NCBI GenBank assembly: GCA_947652375.1 | Contig: CANTCS010000004.1 | Location: 542-64,541, forward strand | DNA length: 64,000 bases | From: an uncultured Mollicutes bacterium | GTDB lineage: Bacteria; Bacillota_I; Bacilli_A; RF39; UBA660 | Direction of reading: 5' to 3' | Shown: positions 36,159-43,575 of the stretch, piece by piece | Position numbering within the stretch: position 1 is the stretch's first letter | Layout: each line of letters starts with the position of its first letter | Program-made: the position numbers and the translations under genes | Notes under the pieces: generated by a model | Told to the model about the DNA's origin: nothing | The model's input: only the letters and a program-made list of their open reading frames with translations | Databases searched by the model: none

Positions 36159-37961
36159 ATGGCAAAAGTAAAATATTTTATTGCAAATATGCCTTTAAAA
36201 GAATGGTGTCTTTTAAATGGTTATTCTTATAGTACTGCAACTAATTTTATTGCTAGAAACAAGAATAAATATTTAATTGTTGATGATTTATTAGAAGCAT
36301 TAGAAGATTATTTAAAAAATATGAATACCTTTTATTATTATGAAGGGTTGCTTTTTAAAGAATGGTGTAATTTAAATGGATATTCATATAATACAGCTTT
36401 TTCAATATTAAATAAACTTAAAAGTGAAATTACAGATAAAGATGAGCTAGTTAAACAGACTGTTCTGTTACTTAAGGAAACACCACGAAAAACACAGTAT
36501 TTTTATAAAGGGCAAAATTTAATAGATTATTGTAGAGAAAATGATCTTAATTATTCAACGATTCTTTCAAGGATTAGAAAAATAAAGAAATATAATAAAG
36601 ATATAGAAAATGATGCTGCTGTTATTATTGCTATTGAAGATTATACTGATACAAGATGTAAATTTTTTTATAATGCTATGTCTTTAAAAAGATATTGTGA
36701 GTTAAATGGTTATGATTATCCTTATATTTATCGTCAAATTAAAGATTTAGATGAGAATGATGCAAAAGATAAAATGAAAGCTTATTTTGAAAATGCTCCT
36801 GTAAAGATAAATGGAAGTTATAAAATAGCAGGTCTAAGTTTAAGGCAATATTGTATAAAAAATAATTATAATTATTCAACTGTGAAATCATATATTAGCT
36901 TTGTAAAGAAAGAATATCCTTCTTTTACACAAGAAGAAGTTGTTATCACTGCTATAAATTATTATAAAATTAGATATATTGATAATGAAAAGTTTTTTTA
37001 TAAAGGAGAAAAACTTATAGATTTTTTAAAAAGAGTTAATTGCTCTTATAAAATTTTTATGTATTATTTAAGTCATATGAGAGTGGATGATTATAATTTA
37101 TCTGATGAAATAGTAACTAAATGTCTTTATAAATGTAGAATAAAATTACGTAATGATTTATTTAAAAGTTTAGAAGAGATAGATTATAATACTTGTTTAG
37201 AAATTGCTAAGAATTTATCAATTGATGAAGACTGTTTAAATAAATTAGTAGGATATGGTTTTTCTTATAAAAAGGCTATAAATTTTATTTGGTATTTTGG
37301 AACTTTTAATGTTAATAAGTTAATTATTAATGATGAACAAATAAAAAAAATAATTATGAAAGATGTATCAAGGAATATGGATTTACTATTATTAATAGGT
37401 TATTATAAAAGTGGTTTAAGTGATACAAGAAATTTAATTATTGAAAAGGTTTATTTATCTTGTATGGCTATTTTAAATAAATTATTAGAAGTATACTCAC
37501 TTTTTAATCAAGAAGTAAAAGAAGAATTAAAATGTCAATTGTATTTATTAATACTTGAATTTATTGAAAAAACTAATAGTAATAGTTTAGAGGAAATTAA
37601 TAGTTATTTGAATAATTATATAAGAGGTAAATTATTAAGTAAAATTTTAAAGTATCTTGAAGAAATTAAAGATATAAGTTTAAATCAAACGTTAAATAAC
37701 GATGAAAAAACTAAGTTAGATTTTATAGTTTCCAAAAATAGTATTGACAGAGAATATATAAGTAATGAATTATTTGAAAGTATATTAACTCTTTCTTTTA
37801 TAGAACAAAAGGTTATTATATTATTTTATCAGAAACAGTTTACGAAAGAGGAAGTAGCGTTAAAGTTAAATATTACTGTTCAGGAAGTAGTTGATATTAA
37901 AAATACAAGTTTAGAGAAATTACAAAAGAAGATAAAACCGAATGTAAAAATAAAAAAGTAG
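36159..37961 (+). CDS. Sigma-70 region-4-containing protein with six N-terminal ~55 aa HTH-like repeats
   Basis: Repeats of the form (Y/F)FYxGxxLx(E/D)(W/Y)CxxNGYxYST... occur six times. C-terminal LSFIEQKVIILFYQKQFTKEEVALKLNITVQEVVDIKNTSLEKL resembles sigma region 4.2. TGTTATAAT extended -10 upstream. Confidence 0.7.
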   Translation: MAKVKYFIANMPLKEWCLLNGYSYSTATNFIARNKNKYLIVDDLLEALEDYLKNMNTFYYYEGLLFKEWCNLNGYSYNTAFSILNKLKSEITDKDELVKQTVLLLKETPRKTQYFYKGQNLIDYCRENDLNYSTILSRIRKIKKYNKDIENDAAVIIAIEDYTDTRCKFFYNAMSLKRYCELNGYDYPYIYRQIKDLDENDAKDKMKAYFENAPVKINGSYKIAGLSLRQYCIKNNYNYSTVKSYISFVKKEYPSFTQEEVVITAINYYKIRYIDNEKFFYKGEKLIDFLKRVNCSYKIFMYYLSHMRVDDYNLSDEIVTKCLYKCRIKLRNDLFKSLEEIDYNTCLEIAKNLSIDEDCLNKLVGYGFSYKKAINFIWYFGTFNVNKLIINDEQIKKIIMKDVSRNMDLLLLIGYYKSGLSDTRNLIIEKVYLSCMAILNKLLEVYSLFNQEVKEELKCQLYLLILEFIEKTNSNSLEEINSYLNNYIRGKLLSKILKYLEEIKDISLNQTLNNDEKTKLDFIVSKNSIDREYISNELFESILTLSFIEQKVIILFYQKQFTKEEVALKLNITVQEVVDIKNTSLEKLQKKIKPNVKIKK

Positions 37962-38004
37962 AAGTAAAAAAAATATTATGATATAATTTATATGGTGAAG
38001 ATAA

Positions 38005-38532
38005 ATGGAAAAAAGAAAAACAAAAAAAGAGATAGTTCAAATGTTACTTAAAAATAATTCTATGGATATAAAAGATGAAGAAGAGTTATTGGATCTTTTG
38101 ATAGATCAACCGATTAGTATTGATGTTGATAAACAAGAAGAAGCAAAAATGACTTTTGGTGATAGAGTAGCTGATAAAGTAAGTGAAATAGCTGGTTCTT
38201 GGGGTTTTATTTTAGGGTTTAGTGCTTTTTTAATTTTTTGGATAGTTTTAAATACTGTACTTTTAAAAGGAGATGCTAAAGTTGACGAGTATCCATTCAT
38301 TTTACTTAATTTACTTCTTTCTTGTATTGCAGCATTACAAGCACCAATTATTATGATGAGTCAAAATAGACAGGCTGAAAAAGATAGTTTAAGAAATCAA
38401 AATGATTATCGAACTGATTTAAAAAGTGAATTAATTTTAGAATCTCTTCATGATGATTTAGAATTACTTTTAAAAAATCAGAAAAAAATTTTAAAATTTA
38501 TTGAGGAGGCAAATAATGATGAAAAAAATTAG
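38005..38532 (+). CDS. DUF1003-family membrane protein
   Basis: FGDRVADKVSEIAGSWGFI... two TM helices, then PFILLNLLLS...QAPIIMMSQNRQ, characteristic of DUF1003. Confidence 0.8.
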   Translation: MEKRKTKKEIVQMLLKNNSMDIKDEEELLDLLIDQPISIDVDKQEEAKMTFGDRVADKVSEIAGSWGFILGFSAFLIFWIVLNTVLLKGDAKVDEYPFILLNLLLSCIAALQAPIIMMSQNRQAEKDSLRNQNDYRTDLKSELILESLHDDLELLLKNQKKILKFIEEANNDEKN

Positions 38533-39028
38533 TTTAACAATAATGTTTTTTTTAAGTTTATTTTTAGTTACAGGGTGTAGTAATGATGATAATAAAGTAG
38601 TTAGTAATGGTCATAAAGTTAATACTAGTAAAATGCAAGTGATGCATTGTAGTAGAAAAGCATCAGCAAACACTGGAGTAGAAGTTGAATTAAAATATGA
38701 TCTTTATTATACTGGTGAAGATTTAAATATATTACATTCAGAAGAAAAAGTTATTTCTGCAAGTGATGAAAGTTTAGATTTATATGAAGATGCTTATAAA
38801 AAAATTCATGAAAACTATGAAGGATTAGAATATTATGATGCTAAGGTGGATAGAGGAGATACTACAGTAATAAGTGATATAACAATAAATTATGAGAAAA
38901 TAGATGTTGAAAAACTTTTAGAAATAGAAGGTGAAGAAGATAATATCATTGAAAATGGTAAAGCTAAAGTAGAAAAATGGTTAACATTAGCTAAGAAATT
39001 TGGAACAGAATGTGAAGATGAGGAATAA
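38516..39028 (+). CDS. Lipoprotein (DUF1307/YehR-like)
   Basis: Lipobox LVTGC after a hydrophobic signal. GAGGAGG RBS before ATG 38516. Confidence 0.75.
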   Translation: MMKKISLTIMFFLSLFLVTGCSNDDNKVVSNGHKVNTSKMQVMHCSRKASANTGVEVELKYDLYYTGEDLNILHSEEKVISASDESLDLYEDAYKKIHENYEGLEYYDAKVDRGDTTVISDITINYEKIDVEKLLEIEGEEDNIIENGKAKVEKWLTLAKKFGTECEDEE

Positions 39029-39042
39029 TTAACCTCTTAAAT

Positions 39043-39118
39043 GTTCAGATAGTCTAAGTGGATAAAATATTTCCCTCCGACGGAAATGTTAAGGGTTCGA
39101 ATCCCTTTCTGAACGCCA
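39043..39118 (+). tRNA. tRNA-Arg (anticodon CCG), CCA encoded
   Basis: Folded by hand. 7-bp acceptor GTTCAGA/TCTGAAC. Anticodon stem TTTCC/GGAAA with loop CTCCGAC. T arm AAGGG-TTCGAAT-CCCTT. D loop AAGTGGATA. One C-A mismatch in the D stem. Confidence 0.7.
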
Positions 39119-39189
39119 TTATGTAAACATGTCAGTAACAATAGAAAACGCACTTGATAATGATGTGTATTTTATGTTATTATGAATAT

Positions 39190-39305
39190 GTCAAGGAAAC
39201 TTGCATAAAATAAAAAAAGGAAATACTTAACTTTGGCTAGTTGAGTACTTACCTAAATATTTAGATTTGTACTTAATCTTTTGCTAGATTGAGTACTATT
39301 TTTTT
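39190..39305 (+). ncRNA. Predicted antisense RNA (type I antitoxin candidate), copy 2
   Basis: TTGATA-18-TATTAT (39154-39183). Conserved 5' segment shared with copy 1. 10-bp terminator stem 39269-39278/39287-39296 plus a T7 run, overlapping the toxin stop codon. Confidence 0.45.
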
Positions 39306-39385
39306 ATGCATAGAATTATTAAAGAGACTATTAATAAAATGATAATTAATATTAGAAATGAGATTAACAAATCTTTTTTCTTCAT
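39296..39385 (-). CDS. Small hydrophobic peptide, type I toxin candidate (29 aa: MKKKDLLISFLILIIILLIVSLIILCIKK)
   Basis: AAGGAGGC lies 8 nt before the ATG. The SD can pair with upstream GCCTCC. Single TM peptide. Paralogous organisation to 28632-28724. Confidence 0.6.
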   Translation of the reverse strand: MKKKDLLISFLILIIILLIVSLIILCIKK

Positions 39386-39619
39386 AATATCAAGCCTCCT
39401 TTCTCATGAGTTGGAGGCAAGTACTCAACAGTTTAGTATTTTCTAATAAAAATTATACTATAAAGGAAAAACTAAAAAAGTGAACAATTTTGATAATTTA
39501 TATTATACTTATATTAGTTAAAATTATTACTATTTCTTATATTATTAGGGTTAAAAATTGGAAAGAGATTAAAGAAATTTTAGAAAATATCTAATCTTCA
39601 TTTAATCAAGGAGGGAAAT

Positions 39620-40159
39620 ATGTATATATTTTTAGGAATTGATGTGGATAATCAATTTGCAGAAATTAAAAATAAAGCTTATTTAATAGATAAAAATATT
39701 GGTTTTAAAAATTCATGTTTTACTTTACCTCTACATATTTCTATAAAAGCATCTTTTAAAATTGATAGTTCTAATTTTAATAATATAATTGAAGAAGTTA
39801 TAAACTATTATTCATCTATACAATCTTTTAAAATAGATATTTGTAGGTTAGAAATGTATGAGAATATAATTTGGATAAGAATGTGTCGAAATAAAGAATT
39901 AGATAAAGTTCATGATGATCTAAATAATCTTTTATTAGAAAAATATAATGTAAGATTACATGAATATGATTTGGATTATAAGTATCATACAACATTATTT
40001 ATGGATAATAATACTAATAGTATTAAAGAAGCATACGATTTGATAAATAAAATGGAGTTGCCACAAAGTATTATGGCGAATCAATTTATTATTGGTGTTT
40101 CTGAAACAGGTGAATTAGGTTCGTATACTATTTCTCATAAAATAAAAAGAAAACAATAA
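39620..40159 (+). CDS. 2H phosphoesterase superfamily protein (LigT-like 2'-5' RNA ligase/cyclic phosphodiesterase)
   Basis: Two Hx(S/T)x motifs: LHISIK and YHTTLF. Confidence 0.7.
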   Translation: MYIFLGIDVDNQFAEIKNKAYLIDKNIGFKNSCFTLPLHISIKASFKIDSSNFNNIIEEVINYYSSIQSFKIDICRLEMYENIIWIRMCRNKELDKVHDDLNNLLLEKYNVRLHEYDLDYKYHTTLFMDNNTNSIKEAYDLINKMELPQSIMANQFIIGVSETGELGSYTISHKIKRKQ

Positions 40160-40164
40160 TGTTT

Positions 40165-40863
40165 TTAAAAATTTATATATGGTAAATTGTTACAAATATA
40201 AATTAAATTATTATCTATAATTTCTTTTTTATCTTCTATTGTCCAGATAAGAGTAGGGATACTTTTAGATAGTTTTCTAAATTTCTTATTATCTAATAAA
40301 GTTTTTGAAATAGCTAAAAAGTCAGGATTACAGTATTTTAAAATAAAATTACTTTTTAGAAGTTTATTATATAAAAAATTATTAGATTTATCCGTAATTA
40401 ATAATCCTACTTCTAATTCTTTATAGTTTGTTTTTAAGTATTTTACTATTCTTGGATTAAATGATTTTATAATATAATTAGAGTAGTTTTTTAATTCATT
40501 TATTAAGATATCACACGTTTCCTTTATTTTATTGGTATTTTTTATTTCAATGTCTATTAGAATTTTATTATCAACAAGCTCTAGAACTTCTTTTAGAGTT
40601 GGAATTTTTTCATTTGTATTTAAAAGTTTTAAATCTTTAATATCTTGATAGTTAGTATCTTGAATATAGTTTGTATTTTTAGTCATTCTTGTTAATGAGA
40701 AATCATGAAAAACGACTAAAATATTATCCTTAGTAAGTTGAACATCAAGTTCAATTGGATAGTTATATTCTATTGCTTTTTTAAAAGCTTCTAAAGAATT
40801 TTCTGGAGTTCTTTTATTGTCGTGTACTCCTCTATGAGCAATAATATTTCCATTTATTTTCAT
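40165..40863 (-). CDS. glpQ: Glycerophosphodiester phosphodiesterase
   Basis: AHRG...ENSLEAF...ELDVQLTKD...VFHD motifs. ATG 40863 preceded by AGAGGTG. Confidence 0.88.
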   Translation of the reverse strand: MKINGNIIAHRGVHDNKRTPENSLEAFKKAIEYNYPIELDVQLTKDNILVVFHDFSLTRMTKNTNYIQDTNYQDIKDLKLLNTNEKIPTLKEVLELVDNKILIDIEIKNTNKIKETCDILINELKNYSNYIIKSFNPRIVKYLKTNYKELEVGLLITDKSNNFLYNKLLKSNFILKYCNPDFLAISKTLLDNKKFRKLSKSIPTLIWTIEDKKEIIDNNLIYICNNLPYINF

Positions 40864-40996
40864 AAGACACCTCTTTTTACATTTTAACATAGTTATTAAT
40901 AATATATTTAAGCTTTTTAAAAAATTAAATTATATTTAACTATTGATGAGAATTAATTTGTTTGGTAATATTATGGGGAAGAGAAAGGAATAAATT

Positions 40997-42049
40997 ATGA
41001 ATAAAAATAAAATAGAGTTTATTGAATTTTTAACTATAAAAAGAAATAATTTAATTAAAGAATTACAACCACTTTACGAAAGATATGAGCAAAGAGAGGC
41101 TGCTTGTATGAATGTTTATGGAGTAGCAACTTTAAAAGAAGAAAATAATTTAAGAGAATTAGAAAGAATTAATAATCTTTTAAGTGTAATTGAAGCTTCT
41201 TTTGATTTAGATGAAGTTAAATCTTTGTTAGAGAGTAGTTTGAGTGCAGATAATAAATATACTGTTGAATACCAATTAGGTTTAATTAATCAGTTTTTAG
41301 ATTTAAAAAGTAGGAATGAAATTCCTTATTATGAAGCTAATAAGTTACCTGATTTTTTTTCAGTAAGAAATGTTGAACAAATAAATTATTCTTTTGAAGG
41401 AATGGAAGGTAAGAAATGTTTTTGTTTTTTTGATAATGGATTTAATTCAAATATTATTGAAGGAAATAAAAGAGATATAAGATTTATTTGGGATGGTTTT
41501 ATTCTTTTTACTGATAAATCTTATACTTTAGAAGATCTTCAAAATGGAATAGATTTATATGACAGTAGATTAGTAGCATTACAACGAGTAAATCTTTTAG
41601 GTAAGGAAGCTAACTCTTTAGAAGTTAGAAATTATATTACCAATTTATTAAATGAGAAAAATATTCCTTATGAATTGATGCCAGATAAACGTACACCAAT
41701 TGGCAATTATCCATCAAAATGTGATTTGTGGTCTACTAGGGAATCAGCTGTTTTACTAGATGCAATTGATTGTGTTGGCAATGGAGATGCTTATTTCTTT
41801 AAAGATAATAATTTTATGTATACAATTAATTTTACTGACTCTCGGATTAAACCATTTATTTATAGTCATAAAGGAGCATTAGTTTTACGTGGTGAAAATA
41901 GCACTGCCATTTCAAGATTAATTAAGTATAATTCTGATCTCCAAGAACAACTTATTGATATTATAGGTGAAGATAAGCTAAAAGCATATTTAACAGGTGA
42001 AGAAATATCAGGTACTTATATTGATAATGTAAAAAGATCATTTAAATAA
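40997..42049 (+). CDS. Hypothetical protein (350 aa)
   Basis: Long ORF with an RBS. N-terminal coiled-coil-like region. No recognisable motif. Confidence 0.6.
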   Translation: MNKNKIEFIEFLTIKRNNLIKELQPLYERYEQREAACMNVYGVATLKEENNLRELERINNLLSVIEASFDLDEVKSLLESSLSADNKYTVEYQLGLINQFLDLKSRNEIPYYEANKLPDFFSVRNVEQINYSFEGMEGKKCFCFFDNGFNSNIIEGNKRDIRFIWDGFILFTDKSYTLEDLQNGIDLYDSRLVALQRVNLLGKEANSLEVRNYITNLLNEKNIPYELMPDKRTPIGNYPSKCDLWSTRESAVLLDAIDCVGNGDAYFFKDNNFMYTINFTDSRIKPFIYSHKGALVLRGENSTAISRLIKYNSDLQEQLIDIIGEDKLKAYLTGEEISGTYIDNVKRSFK

Positions 42050-42158
42050 AATATATAAAATCCTTATATTATTCTAAAATATAATTTTATTTACAATATT
42101 TATAAATCAAAAGATCTTTATATATATAAATATTTTTATCTAAAATTAACTAATCAAA

Positions 42159-42190
42159 TAGATATAATTTTTATATCTTTTTTATTTTTT
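42159..42190 (+). terminator. Rho-independent terminator
   Basis: AGATATAA-tttt-TATATCT stem followed by a T-rich run. Confidence 0.6.
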
Positions 42191-42270
42191 TATTGACAAG
42201 TGTATCAATATACACATATAATTAAAGTGTTAGAAGTTATAAAATAGTATCTTATAGGAGAGGTGTATTT

Positions 42271-43377
42271 ATGAAATGTTTAAAGATTGCTTTAACTGGA
42301 GGTCCATGTGGTGGAAAAACTACTTCGATTGATAAAGTTGTTTTAGAATTTACTGAAAAAAATTATAGAGTCTTAGTTGTTCCTGAGGCAGCAACAATTC
42401 TTATTAATATGGGAATTAAACCATTTGGAGAAACTAAAATTGATATTATTGAATTTCAAAGAATGGTAATTGATTTACAGTTAAAATTAGAAAGTTATGC
42501 AGAAGAGGTGGCTAGAAAAAGTGATAAGAAAACTATTATATTATGTGATAGGGGAATAATGGATGATAAAGCTTATGTCACTAAAGAACAATTTTTAGAA
42601 TTATTAAAAGAAAGAAATTTAACTCAATTTGAGGTTTGTAAATCTTATGATTTAGTAATTCATCTTGTAACTGCTGCTAATGGTAAAAAAGAGTTTTATA
42701 CATTAGATAATAATTCAGCCCGAAGCGAATCGATAGAAGAAGCAATTATAAAAGACCAAAAAACTCTTGAAGCATGGCTTTTACATGATAATTTAAAAAT
42801 TATAGGTAATGATACTGATTTCGAAACAAAAATAAATAAAGTTATTTATAATATTTATTCAATACTAGATCGTCCTTATCCTTTACAAAATCAAGAAAAA
42901 TATCTTATTGATAATATAGATTTAAAAAATATCGAAAATTTTAGCCCTGTTAAAATATCTATAGAACAATATATACTTCCTAAAGACAATGGTGAAATTA
43001 TCTATCGTAAAACTTCGTGTGATGGCGAAGTTAAATATTCTGAAATTATTAAAACAGATACAAATATAAATAATGAAAGAATTAAAAAACAAAGAAATAT
43101 TAATGAAAACGAATATTTTACTAATATTCCTGTTAATGAAATACCAATAAGAAAAGTTAGATATTGTTTTGAATATAAAGAACAAAACTTTCGCTTAGAT
43201 ATCTTTGATGATGGATTAAAGTTACTTGAAATAGAAGATACAAATAAAACTAAAAAAAGAATTATTCCAAAATATTTAAATGTTATAGATGATGTTACTA
43301 CAAATGAAATTTATCGAAATAGTAATATATATTTTAGAAAGAATAATAAAAATAAACAAAAGAAAAAAACAATTTAA
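42271..43377 (+). CDS. AAA_28/NadR-like P-loop ATPase fused to a C-terminal beta-rich domain (possibly CYTH-like)
   Basis: Walker A LTGGPCGGKTT and Walker B-like IILCDRG. The C-terminal half has ExE-type strands (ISIEQY, LLEIED). The domain call is tentative. Confidence 0.65.
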   Translation: MKCLKIALTGGPCGGKTTSIDKVVLEFTEKNYRVLVVPEAATILINMGIKPFGETKIDIIEFQRMVIDLQLKLESYAEEVARKSDKKTIILCDRGIMDDKAYVTKEQFLELLKERNLTQFEVCKSYDLVIHLVTAANGKKEFYTLDNNSARSESIEEAIIKDQKTLEAWLLHDNLKIIGNDTDFETKINKVIYNIYSILDRPYPLQNQEKYLIDNIDLKNIENFSPVKISIEQYILPKDNGEIIYRKTSCDGEVKYSEIIKTDTNINNERIKKQRNINENEYFTNIPVNEIPIRKVRYCFEYKEQNFRLDIFDDGLKLLEIEDTNKTKKRIIPKYLNVIDDVTTNEIYRNSNIYFRKNNKNKQKKKTI

Positions 43378-43575
43378 AGAAAATATTTATCTAAGAAAAT
43401 TGTAGTCTTAAATCAAATGAAAAAATAGTTTTCTTTTAAGGAGCAAAATAAATAAAACATAAAAAGTAGTAAAAAACCTACTTTTTCTTTTTCGACAAAA
43501 TTCACAATATCTTTCTAAAAATTTATGTTATAATAACATATAGTAAGAATAAAAAAAGTTAAAAGGGTGATTAAG

